This document shows, one piece after another, positions 1 through 10,925 of a stretch of DNA of 64,000 nt. The translations under genes were made by a program, and so were the position numbers. The notes beneath the pieces are model-generated. The model did not search any database. It had not been told where the DNA came from and saw only the letters and a program-made list of their open reading frames with translations. The number at the start of each line of letters is the position of its first letter. The first letter of the stretch is position 1. The stretch is taken from positions 384,001 to 448,000 of the forward strand of contig CBDBCZ010000018.1 of NCBI GenBank assembly GCA_965203295.1. The letters are read 5' to 3'. This stretch comes from Nitrospirales bacterium. Its GTDB lineage: Bacteria; Nitrospirota; Nitrospiria; Nitrospirales; UBA8639.

Positions 1-433
1 AAGTAGAAAACAGTACAAGGAGAAAATAAAGAAGCAGTGTCTAAATTAAGGCATGATAAGTAATGTTGCTGTCTTAGTAACAATAGGTGCAAAAGGTGTA
101 GCTAAATTAAATGTCAAACTCCACAACATGGCACAAGCAAATTGAAGTGTACATAACTGAATTGACGTAATATTTATGATACACTTTATGCATTTTTAGT
201 GAGCCTACATCTACCATAACGTAGCTATTGGTATTGGTGATAGAATAAGCAAAGAGATGATGCGAAAAAGGCGATGTTTCGTGCACTTGAACTAAAAATT
301 TCTTTCTCTAACCTTGTACAAAGATGTGATCAATACCTCCGAATACTGGAAGCTCTTCGTCAGACATTTCCAGGCAAACTAGGGCACCTTGTCGAAACTC
401 CACCCCGAGCACAGTGACAGCTGACACGCTTAA

Positions 434-1069
434 CTCATTGCACGCCGTAATTACGTCACGCGCGTGATGCTCCACGCTATAATTTCTACAACAATGGCGT
501 ACTAAAAGTTTTAGCTCAGTGTTTGGCTATTTTTATGCTTACCAAGTCAAGTATCCAGCGAATTCTGCGTTGTACTTGTTAGAAGACTATCGGATACAGC
601 CATTGAAGGCAAAAAGGGCGGCGGATTGGATCCAAGAAGGGCTTCAGGAGCGATAACCGGATACACGGTAAGTTTGATACGAAACTGTTGTCTTCACGCT
701 CAGGCGGCAAAGAACGATGGTCCTACTGAAGCCCCCGACTCTCCCCTGAACCAGTTACCATTGTATCCGCCAGTGAAGTTGACTACAGAGCCTGACTAAC
801 TGTGCAGTAATGTAGGTAGCCATAGCTAGCCGTCTTGATCGGTTGTATATTTTGCCGTATGTATCCGTTCTATTACAGATTAGATCGACTTTCGGCACAC
901 TTACATCATTATTAGTAATCACTCTATTCAATTTTATGGCTAATAAAGGAAGGGGTTGCCCCTCCTGGCCGTACAGTTAACTTGCCGTTTCTAAAGCCAC
1001 TATAGTGGCGTGTGGCGTAGCGGAAGGATTACGTAATATCCAGTTAAGTGGCGTACGGCGTGCAATGAG
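434..1069. mobile_element. Non-autonomous piggyBac-like element (TTAA TSD)
   Basis: Perfect 16-bp TIR CTCATTGCACGCCGTA / TACGGCGTGCAATGAG, with TTAA at 430-433 and 1070-1073. The empty site ctgacacgcTTAAatagaag is seen at 31905 and 37785. Confidence 0.92.
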
Positions 1070-3193
1070 TTAAATAGAAGAAAATAAATTGCTGCTGTGA
1101 GACTACTCAAAAGTGCACACATTCATGTATACTTTCACAGAGTCGTGTGTAATGTTTATCTCACCTCTGCACAGATGAGCACCCAGGGAATTCCTCTGCT
1201 GCAACTTTTCTGGCACCAGATGGGAGCTCAGGAAGCTCTACTGCATTTTCTATGGTGATAAAAGCATTGCATGCATACATAAATGAACCAGCTACACTAA
1301 TTAGAAAGAAGCCGCAAGTTTAATTTTTGGTTGTCTGTTCTGCTAGTAAAGTGATACCTGTTTAAAATAATATCAAATTTGTATTCCGTTACTGAGTTGA
1401 AATTTTTCGCACACTGACAAGAAAATATTAATTAAACTACTTGTTGTACAGTATGTATTACTCTGATAGTGTATTTAATGCTGCAATAAAGTAGATCGTA
1501 CCTCTCCCTACTTCGTCGCTCTTGTAAAGAAAGTTTGATGGCTCGACCCCTGGTGCAGACAGCATCTGAAGGCACATGTAGTGCTGGTGCTTGGTGGCAA
1601 TGGTGTAGGGCAGGTTCTTGAAGTTCTTGCCCACCATGCTCTTAATGTGAGCATTTTTTTTGCCTCAAATCGCATGCACCATTGGTTTTGGAGGGGTCCA
1701 AACCTACACATGCATGCAAAAAAAACAAATTTAAAACTAGACTTCTGCATGATTGACATTAAATGAGTTTAACATTCGATAGATGCCATAATAAATAAGG
1801 TTCATAGTCTGTCTAAGTCTCTTTTCATCCCTAAGCTGCATATTTACACTGCAATACATGTAGATCACATTACTATACGATCACACAAACAGTTAACATA
1901 GTTATGTACGATGTATGCAGCTTCATCTGCTGTGGAAGGTGTATCAGGTAGTGCAGTTTAGGCACCATGCTTCCAGGGTACAGCTGGTTGTACTGCCTGA
2001 GGTATTCCTGCACAAGCAGTGTCATTGTGCTGGCTGTGACCTCAGTCATTTCCACTGCTGTGGCATGAGTGACCACCCGCAATGGTTGGATGTAGCACTT
2101 TCAAGTTGATTTTTGCTACGAAATAAATGAAAGTATTTCACTGTGTTACTGAGTGGACGAGTTCACACAAAAATTTATATTAATTATATTATTATTATAA
2201 TCATATACAGAAATACTAAGACAAACACTGATCGAAAAGAGCTACTCACCTGATTGCCCCAATTTTGTTGAGTTATCACTTACAAGACGATCAGCTGATT
2301 CACCCCGTAGGTTGTGGAGAAGCTGTCTGACAATCCTGGAGCTGAGTCCAATAGGAGGCACTGTCGTCTGTGCCTGTCAAGGCTCCTTAGTTGGTCTTTG
2401 GAGGCATAGAACTGTAGTGAAGAAGTTCTGTATACCATTATGTATGTAGCTATTTGGCCCAAATTGCAAAAATTAACCTGTATGTAGGGGTCTGTGGGTA
2501 TGTTCTTAAGTAGCCCCACCCCTGTTGTGGCTTGCGTATGTGTTCTTGAGTTTGTCCCTCGTCACTAACTATTGACATGATGACTACCAGTGACAACATA
2601 CCTTCGTATGAAGATGCTGAGGTAGAATCATGCATGTTTGGCATTTTCTGTATGTCGAAGCACTTTCCTTGTACCCCCCCAGCACAGCTTGCAGTGGGAG
2701 AATCTTCAAGAAATGCAAGCTAGCACCCATGAAAGTGATGCTCTTGCCTTCCAGTGCATACATGAATGCCTTCCTGTTGGAACCAAAAATTTAGATACTT
2801 AAATGTCATAACACAGATAGGAGAAATGTATGCAAAGGACAGAACCACACACATGTCCAATGCACATGTCCAATGATTTATCTACAACTTGGAGCAATGC
2901 AACTTACATCAGCAAGCACTTTCAAGTCTTGGATGAGCAACTCAAGCACAGCATCAAATCCATACAGCTTCACATGGCTGCTGTTTGTAACAGCCAGGAG
3001 CTGAATAAAATGCAGTGATGAGCGGTGGCAGGGATGGATGTTAAAGAGTGCCCAGTAGAAAATACCTAGTATGTGTTACAACAGATGGAAAAGTGAAAAA
3101 TTTATGATTTTGGACAAAAGCTAGGGAATAACCCTCTTGCATACACAGTGTACATATATGTATCAGTGTGAAGGCAGTACAAAGAAGCACGTA

Positions 3194-3290
3194 CCGTATA
3201 GCAGGTACTATTCAATGGGGACAAATTTTCACATTAGTGGTCGCGTGGCATCCACAACAATTTAATCCACGAAAAATACCTGCTGTACAG
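3194..3290. mobile_element. Miniature Tc1/mariner/pogo-like element (TA TSD)
   Basis: TA-CCGTATAGCAGGTA ... TACCTGCTGTACAG-TA; TIR matches 12/14. Confidence 0.6.
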
Positions 3291-4189
3291 TACGTAGTTA
3301 TAGTTGTGTAGTTAACACCACAAGCAATCGATGTCTGCACATGCAGGCATATTCACAGAAAGCTATAGACAAAACAGTTTAGAAAGGTATAGTGATACTC
3401 TTATATTTCAGACAGAAGTAGCACATGGAAGCTGCCGGCTGCCTATAGCACAGGAAGTTAACAAAGCCAAGCTGCCGGCTGCCTTTAGCACAGGAAGTTA
3501 ACAAAGCCAATACTTCTTGAACTAGACTAGCTCAGTGTAGTTCCTCAGACCCATATATCAATAAGTATTCACTGACATAATGCACACAGACATACATACC
3601 AAGCTTGTGCTTGCTTTTCCTTGATCCTAGTGGATTCCCAACTCCCAGTTCGTCATAGAAAATTGCCAACGTCAGTGTGTGAGAATCCTTCAGGAACATG
3701 GGGTGAGACTTGAGGAATTCTCCGACGCAGAAGTCCCTGAGCACTTCTCCAGTACTTTGGTGCCCAGTCAAAACTTCATCCAGCACATCCGGTTTTCATT
3801 AGAAGTTGCTGTAAATAGATGATTACTATAGAAGTAAGCTTCGTGCAAGTCAGCTGATGTTTGTAATTTTGAGGCATATGAGGAATGGTCCTTAATTCTC
3901 ACTGGTTGTGAAGTTTTGAACTTTACTTCGAAATGTTTCATTTCATGCTTTCATGTTTTGTATGTGTACAGTGTGGAAGGCAGAAAGTCTGTTTCTGGTT
4001 TTGAATTGCACTTTTCCACTGCTAGGTGCAAAAAAGGGGGACTTTTCTTTAAAATCCAGACTTAATTGACACCACCCTGAAGTGCAATAATGTTCCTAAC
4101 TCTTTTTGTTGAAATTGGAGTGCATGCATATATTTCACTATGTGGAGTAATCAAATATTTTCATTGAAGTGATGGTTGTTCCAGACATT

Positions 4190-4620
4190 GGGATATAGTG
4201 GTTGGGGTGGGGAGTGTGCGCTGGGAAGGCTATTTCTCGAGCCTCCACCACACTCGACCCACCCCCAAAACTACAAAAAAAGAGAAAAGAATATGAGCAA
4301 ATATGAGCAATTGGCCATGGGTGATCCAGGTGCTGATATATAAGGTGCATGGGATATAGTGGTGGGGGTGGGGAGTGTGGGCCGGGAAGGCTATTTCTCG
4401 AGTCTGCACCACACTCGACCCACCCCCAAAACAACAAAAAAAGAGAAAATATGAGCAAATATGAGTAATTGGCCATGGGTGATCCAGGTGCTGATACAAA
4501 AGGTGGGATAATAGTGGTGGGGGTGGGGAGTGTGGGCCGGGAAGGCTATTTCTCGAGCCTCCACCACACTCGACCCACCCCCAAAACTACCAAAAAAAAA
4601 CAAAAAAAAACAAAAGGATT
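4190..4620. repeat. Tandem ~160-bp repeat (about 3 units); also at ~24990-25320 and ~50630-51360
   Basis: Recurring unit gggatatagtggtgggggtggggagtgtgggccgggaaggctatttctcgagcctccaccacactcgacccacccccaaaactacaaaa...gagcaattggccatgggtgatccaggtgctgat. Confidence 0.9.
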
Positions 4621-5289
4621 GTCCAATCAAAAGGTCCGTGGAGTGCTGAGGTGCATAAAAGGAGCGGTTGTTTTTACTGTTGTGGTATACATACCGGTTT
4701 AGTCATGACTTGCAGGACGGCATGTTCCACAAATATTTGTGGCACCTGTAACGAGAAGGTATAATATATTATAGTGAATGTCTACTTGCACAAAATGGCT
4801 AACACTAGGAACAAAAAAAGTGAATTCTATATATGAATTCGAATCTGGGGGAAGCCCAGTCCAGTATGTTCAGTAGGCATATTGTATGTGAAGTATGGTG
4901 CCATGCCACTTAAAAACTCCGTTGTACATGTGCTCATGCATGCAGATCAAGAAAAATTGTACATATATATATATATATATATGTAGTGAAGCGACATTTT
5001 CATAAGATTAAAGTTTGTCGAGTTGGCAGCTTCTATATATAGCCTACACCAGAGACATGCAAAGAAATAGCTGAGTACTTTGTGGCATTACTACACTCTA
5101 CTTACGAGGTCGCGATCGTCTGGCTGTTGTCCACTTCCCCACCTGCCAAACCTGCGCCTCGGCCTTGGCCCTGCCAGCCAGCAGCCTTGGCTGGCGGCGC
5201 CTACGCCTGAGTCTGCAGGGAAAAGTAGAGTAGTGTAAGTCACCGAATGTCGACCACGTTGTGAACTTTCTGTCAAGGGTTCTATCTCA

Positions 5290-5714
5290 GCACTCAACAT
5301 TTCAAACCAAGTATCGATCACAAGATCTTGGATGGGATCAAAGCCATACAAGTCGTACAGCCGATAGAACACGGATTCTCCATTAACCCCACACTCTAGA
5401 GAGATAACGCTCTGCTGCTTTCTTGTTGGAGCATTATCCACTACTCTCCCATCAGCTCTGTTATTTTTGGCTGTCTTGGGTTCAGCTGGGTGGTAAAATC
5501 GTCTGTGAAAATCACCATAATAATAATGTTTCCGGCTTGCTATGTAAGTTCCTTCAACTCCACAACGCCTGCAGCCATACTTACCTCCAGCCTTTGTCAA
5601 CCCGAGTTCTGCATGTGCCTTCGAGTCAGCAGCTGCTAACAGCACCAAAGCTCGTAGAGTTGGGAAGTCATCCGGAGGAGAAAAATCCAGGACTTCTCTT
5701 AAAAAACACTTCCT
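5290..5714 (-). pseudogene. CACTA-type transposase family B fragment (internally deleted copy)
   Basis: LLAAADSKAHAELGLTKAGGKYGCRRC...FDPIQDLVID, nearly identical to 53318-53845; joined by a deletion to the 3' flank. Confidence 0.75.
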
Positions 5715-5934
5715 TGGGAGTAGGCGAAAATTACTCTTGCTTGCATGAAGTTTAGGGTAGGGTATTTTCAATTTTCTTTACAGGTGATCCGATTTTTGGA
5801 GAAGTGCAGCACAGACAGAAATTGCCAGAGGGTCAAATTGTAGGCAAAAGCAGATGGCCTGGGGGCATCGATGTGTGTTTCATACTAGGGGATCTGGGGG
5901 CATGCCCTGCAGCCAAGTCGCCTTACCTTACACT

Positions 5935-6155
5935 CTTGACACTCGGAAGAGGCAGCGAGAGGCGGCAGTCTGAACACTCGGGAAGAGGCAGCGAGAGGCG
6001 GCAGCACACTTGAACACTCGGGAAGAGGCAGCGAGAGGCGGCAGCACACTTGAACACTCGGGTGTGAGAGGCTGCAGCACACTTGAACACTCGGGAAGAG
6101 GCAGTGAGAGGCGGCAGCACACTTGAACACTCGGGTGCGAGAGGCGGCAGTCTGA
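5935..6155. repeat. Minisatellite, 40-bp unit with ~33-bp variants
   Basis: Unit tgaacactcgggaagaggcagcgagaggcggcagcacact at 5971 and 6011, with shorter variants around it. Confidence 0.9.
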
Positions 6156-6184
6156 CCTTGTGCTCAACTATATATGCCTCGTCC

Positions 6185-6619
6185 TAGTATCGTGCCCAGA
6201 CACCCACGCCCTCCCGGAAAGACGCCTGGTAGCTCAATTGAATTTTGTCACAGAGGCGTGTCGTGTGAGCGTTTAATAATGATTGAAAGGCGTTTAATTA
6301 CATGCCAAAAATGCCATATAAGCATCAACAGGCAATAAGAGCGTGTCTAGCTACTGTGGTAGTAAGTGTTTGGTTTTACTTGCCGCTCTGGTTTCTGATG
6401 GAGTGGTACAGACTGCTGTAAAACCAAGTTGGAGAGGACCGGAAAGTTGCTAGCAGTCGTGCAGTGATATACATATGCTCGGTGACATTATACATGTTTA
6501 ATAACGTTTTCCACCATTTAATTCGTTCAGATCACTAAGGTATTAGAAACAAGATATTCAAATCAAACTGCAAGACCGTTAAAGCGAGAGGGAGGAGCAA
6601 CGGTCTGGGCATGAGACTA
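6185..6619. mobile_element. Non-autonomous TIR element with 9-bp TSD, AcademH-like
   Basis: TIR TAGTATCGTGCCCAGAC / GTCTGGGCATGAGACTA (15/17), with an exact 9-bp TSD GCCTCGTCC at 6176-6184 and 6620-6628. TAG termini plus a 9-bp TSD fit AcademH. Confidence 0.85.
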
Positions 6620-6793
6620 GCCTCGTCCCTAACTGGTAACACCAGCTTGCGCATGCACAATTCGTTTTCTCATTCCACACTCGAATTATTAGGGTCTCCC
6701 GAGGTTCAAGCAGTTTTGAAGGTGTCGAACCACCACGAACTCATGTGAAACTCATGTGAAACTATCCTGTAGGGTTTGCTCCCTCAGTCCGGA

Positions 6794-6890
6794 CAGCAAT
6801 GGTTTCAGTGGGTTCGGTGGAGACGAACCTCCCTGAACTTATTCGAGTCAGGGTGGTTCGTCTCTGCTGAACCCACTTGAACCACTGCTG
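6794..6890. repeat. ~97-nt imperfect hairpin (inverted repeat)
   Basis: cagcaatggtttcagtgggttcggtggagacgaacctccctga pairs with tcagggtggttcgtctctgctgaacccacttgaaccactgctg. A third partial arm lies at ~6912-6932. Confidence 0.8.
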
Positions 6891-7705
6891 GCTAATAGAG
6901 ATCACGCCAGTTCAGGGTGGTTCATCTCTGCCAAACGTATTCAAAACACTACTGTCCATTAGAAATCATGCCTGCAGGACAGTTTGACTCATGTTCAGGG
7001 TCAAGTGGCTACTTCAGACACAACTTATTTCAAGAACAGATGGTTTGCACTAACTGCAAGCATACCCATGTGACTTTAGCACATGAAACTAATTATGGTT
7101 AAAAAAAATCCTGTGTGAGTGGGGATGAGAAGCTAGTGATTTATTTTATGTGGCCTTATACACACTTGGGAGTAGGCCTGAGGAAACTATGTTTAGTATG
7201 AATACCATTAAGCATATTCTGAGAATAATCAGAACCGAGAACAGTGTCAGTGAGTGAAAATCCATGAAGTGTCAGAAGCTTCCTGGAGGGTCACAAACCA
7301 TCTTTGCAATCACACTTTGAGTATAATAGAATTGGAGGGTCAGGAATAACTGAAGAGCATAGAAGAAGTTTTGAGCATAATATCCTCAGGCCTACTTTGG
7401 ACTCGTTGGGAATGTATTAACTCAGAGGAAGTTGGGTATGCCTAATATTTCCTGAAGTCATACTATTGAAGGTATGGCATTGCTCAGATTCTAACTATTT
7501 TCTGCCAGAATTACATCATCACATGGTATGGCACATGTGATGCCTTCCAACCTCCTCTGTCCCATACCCAACAAGGTAATACAATCAAACTCCTCATATA
7601 GTGTATTGAAAATCAGGGGCAATGTTAATTGGAAGTGAAATCAACCAGAAAAATAACCAGTACATACTGTGGATTTGTAAAGAACTAAAGCAGTAAACCA
7701 AAATT

Positions 7706-7762
7706 TACAGTATGTTTCGTCCCTATTGGCCAATTTGGCGGGATGGGACTCATCAGCTGGCC
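7706..7762 (-). ncRNA. Type I hammerhead-ribozyme-like core
   Basis: The minus strand reads CTGATGA-GTCCC...GGGAC-GAAA-CA-TAC-TG-TA. This gives the conserved core, a 5-bp stem II, a minimal stem III and a GUA cleavage triplet. No stem I 3' partner follows the cleavage site. Confidence 0.65.
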
Positions 7763-8182
7763 TCCCATTAGCCTCAGTACCAGGCTCACTCCTCTAAACC
7801 AAGAGACTTCGGCTACATCATAATATTATTTCAATGACTGGCTGACAACACAGCTATCGAAAGGGCAAGTTGGTTGTCCACAGGAGAAGGCAAATAGGCA
7901 GTGGATCTAAGTACGTAATTAGGATAGGCTGTCAGAATCAAAGGCTAACAGTTTCATTTCTACAATCAACTTCCATTTTCCTACTGCACTGGACAACCAA
8001 CCAGCAAACCTTTGTACCAGCCAAGGGAACAAATAAGCAAGTGGCGTACTAGTGCCTACACATTCTGACTCTTGTGAACTGACAAAAGATTTTGTACCAT
8101 GGCAGCCATACAATCGACAGCCAGACTGAGCCAGTACATACACTGTATACAGATTACTAAGTTGATACTTGTAGCCAGGGGG

Positions 8183-8256
8183 GCTCCAGTAGCTCAATTG
8201 GTAAGAGCATCTGACTAGTATTCAGAAGGTCCTGGGTTCAATCCCCAGCTGGGTCC
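8183..8256 (+). tRNA. tRNA-Thr(AGT)-like sequence (tRNA pseudogene or SINE head)
   Basis: Cloverleaf: D arm GCTC-AATTGGTAA-GAGC, anticodon arm TCTGA-CT(AGT)AT-TCAGA, T arm CTGGG-TTCAATC-CCCAG. The acceptor stem has one mismatch, and a T5 run follows at 8260-8264. Confidence 0.7.
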
Positions 8257-8344
8257 CGATTTTTCGGGATTTCTTTACTCTCTCAGAAAGCTTATCATCC
8301 TTGAAGAGTTCACAATGCAAAACATTTCCAAAAAGTACTTTAAG

Positions 8345-8408
8345 ATCAGCAGAGTACAAGGTTTCTAAAAAAAAAGGTATGCATCTGTAAAGGGTCTTCC
8401 TACCTTAA
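8345..8408 (-). mobile_element. Kolobok-like terminus relic, same orientation as 15622-15691
   Basis: atcagcagagtacaaggtttc...atgcatctg...tcttcctacc-TTAA is shared with 15622-15691. Confidence 0.65.
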
Positions 8409-8654
8409 ATATCTCTTCTCCTAGCGCATATGCAATGGCATTACATGAGTTGCTACGGCAACTAGTCTTCTGAAAGCTAAAACAACACTAGCTACAAAGC
8501 CAACTTGATATCTGGAATTTTGAAGAAATTTCAAAACTTGAAAAACTGAAGTGCGCATATCAGTCATCTTCGTCCATGTTGCTAAATTAAAATTGCGTGT
8601 ATTCGGCAAGACGCGTCGACGCAAGAACCACCATAATAATATGACAGACAAACA

Positions 8655-9662
8655 GGAAAAAAAGCACTTTCCAAAAGTGCAAAAACCAGTCATGTAGGGA
8701 TGCACTTCCAGCAAAAAACACTTCCCCAAAAACCAACGTAACAAGTGACAATGCACACCGGAAGGCGTGCACAGACTAGCCACACATCACAGCGCAATGC
8801 ATTTACCGTGTACCTACCATCCCTAAATCTTTCCAACCACACCCCTCCAATGATGCCTATGTGAGATGGGAATAGTGGTAGTGAGTGTGTTGGCGCATGG
8901 TAGGTGAAAGTGTTGATTGTGTAGATATTGGACAAGTGAGCACACCCATCGCAATGACGTCTATGTGAGATGGGAATAGTGGTAGTGTCTGTGTGCAATG
9001 AGTGAGTGTGTTGGCGCATGGTAGGTGAAAGTGTACATTGATTGTGTAGATGTTGGACAAGTGGTTGAGTGTTGTGTGTGTGGATGTTCTTTTTAGGGGA
9101 GGTTGATGTGGGTGCAAGTGTTTGGTAAAGTGTAGCTAGATTGGGAGTTGTGGAGTTAAATGTGGTGTGTTCGTGTTGGTGTGAAGGTTTGTTGCGCTGA
9201 TATTCATTGGGAGTCTTGCGTGTTGCGGAAATTACTCTGGTTGGTTAATGCTTGTGAGCGGGATTATAGATCAGAGTGGGTTTTGATGAGAGCAGTGTTG
9301 CTGTGGAGATTTGGGTTGGCTGTAGCGTGGGGTGTTGTGTTTTGTGAAGTATGTAAACGTAAATGTGGATGTGAGGGTGGTTGTTGTGGTATCACGGTTG
9401 AGGATGGTGATGATTGTGGATGGTGGTGGGTGTTGAAGGGTGTTGTGTATGGCTGTGTGGTATACGGTTTGTGATGGGTGTGGTTGGAAAGATGTAGGGA
9501 TGGTAGGTACGCGGTAAATGCATTGCGCTGTGATGTGTGGGTAGTCTGTGCACGCCTTCCGGTGTGCATTGTCATTTGTTACGTTGGTTTTTGAGGAAGT
9601 GTTTTTTGCTGGAAGTGCATCCCTACAGGTTTTTGCAGTTTTTGGAATGTGCTTTTTCTGTA
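8655..9662. repeat. Long inverted repeat: ~190-bp arms (8655-8845 / 9476-9662) around a G/T-skewed spacer
   Basis: tgtagggatgcacttccagcaaaaaacacttcc...ctttccaaccacaccc is the reverse complement of 9476-9630. The same module recurs at ~55140-55320 and ~57240-57386. Confidence 0.85.
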
Positions 9663-10134
9663 ACTTGTTTTGGGGCGTTTTTTGGGGAGATGGCATGAAA
9701 GGGTTTGGAGTGTTATGGAGTGTTGATGTATTATGAGTGGGGTTGGCCGGTAAATATCTGAGTTTGGATTGTTTTATGTTTGTGTACAAGGATGTACATG
9801 TGTGGTGTTTTATTGCGTATAAAGAAGTGTTGTGAAGTATAGTGTTGCAGATGTATGGAAGTATGTGAACGTGTTATGAGTAGAATGATACTGGGTGTTG
9901 TTGAGGTCATCAGTATAAAGTGCAGTTGTGTTGGGTGAATTGGGTGAGAAGCGTCCTCAAATGCCTGCTTGAGGTGAACTATGGCAGCTACTTCTGTTCA
10001 GTGACTGTGTTGCACTCACTACTATAGTGCCATTTCACAGGCTGCTTGCTGGCCCTTACTGCCTTCATATTCAGAGCTGCTGATTTCATTGGCAACTACA
10101 CATCTGCCATTTGTCATCAATGGGAAGTGCAGGT

Positions 10135-10881
10135 CAGGCCGGAGGGCTAGAACATGGTACCGTTGCCTGGGGACATGTAAGATGAACAACCAGGCCGTAG
10201 GGCTAGAACATGGTACCGTTGCCTGGGGACATGTAAGATGAACAACCAGGCTGGAGGGCTAGAACATGGTACCGTTGCCTGGGGACATGTAAGATGAACA
10301 ACCAGGCCGGAGGGCTAGAACATGGTACCGTTGCCTGGGGACATGTAAGATGAACAACCAGGCCGGAGGGCTAGAACATGGTACCGTTGCCTGGGGACAT
10401 GTAAGATGAACAACCAGGCCGGAGGGCTAGAACATGGTACCGTCACCTGGAGACATGTAAGATGAACAACCAGGCCGGAGGGCTAGAACATGGTACCGTT
10501 GCCTGGGGACATGTAAGATGAACAACCAGGCCGGAGGGCTAGAACATGGTACCGTTGCCTGGGGACATGTAAGATGAACAACCAGGCCGGAGGGCTAGAA
10601 CATGGTACCGTTGCCTGGAGACATGTAAGATGAACAACCAGGCCGGAGGGCTAGAACATGGTACCGTTGCCTGGGGACATGTAAGATGAACAACCAGGCC
10701 GGAGGGCTAGAACATGGTACCGTCACCTGGAGACATGTAAGATGAACAACCAGGCCGGAGGGCTAGAACATGGTACCGTTGCCTGGGGACATGTAAGATG
10801 AACAACCAGGCCAGAGGGCTAGAACATGGTACCGTTGCCTGGGGACATGTAAGATGAACAACCAGGCCGGAGGGCTAGAAC
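10135..10881. repeat. Highly homogeneous 56-bp tandem array, ~13.3 units
   Basis: Unit ccaggccggagggctagaacatggtaccgttgcctggggacatgtaagatgaacaa. The marker gggctagaac recurs every 56 bp from 10144 to 10872, with no unique spacers. Confidence 0.97.
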
Positions 10882-10925
10882 CCAGATGCAGGTACATCAG
10901 CTACATCGAACAGTCTTAGCCAATA

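Larger units (their letters stand above)
1..3800 (-). pseudogene. EnSpm/CACTA-type transposase, family A, intron-containing, decayed (copy 1)
   Basis: Minus-strand exon fragments carry typical animal EnSpm motifs: FYDELGVGNPLGSRKSKHKLG (3532-3786), PKLHYLIHLP (1873-2082), FGPLQNQWCMRFEAK (1508-1759), and a C-terminal LPVFG..I segment near 110-430. GT..AG introns, deletions and inserted MITEs are present. Confidence 0.8.

Noticed and set aside
6725..6774. Possible CCC-type EnSpm terminus (aactcatgtgaa x2 then ctgtaggg)
   Set aside because: No partner inverted end or TSD was found in the window.
8421..9789. Several 100-170 aa ORFs rich in His/Thr/Pro or Val/Cys/Gly
   Set aside because: They are by-products of strand-skewed low-complexity sequence and the inverted repeat, with no recognisable domain.
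10135..10881. CRISPR array
   Set aside because: Units are contiguous and near-identical with no unique spacers, there are no cas genes, and the context is eukaryotic.
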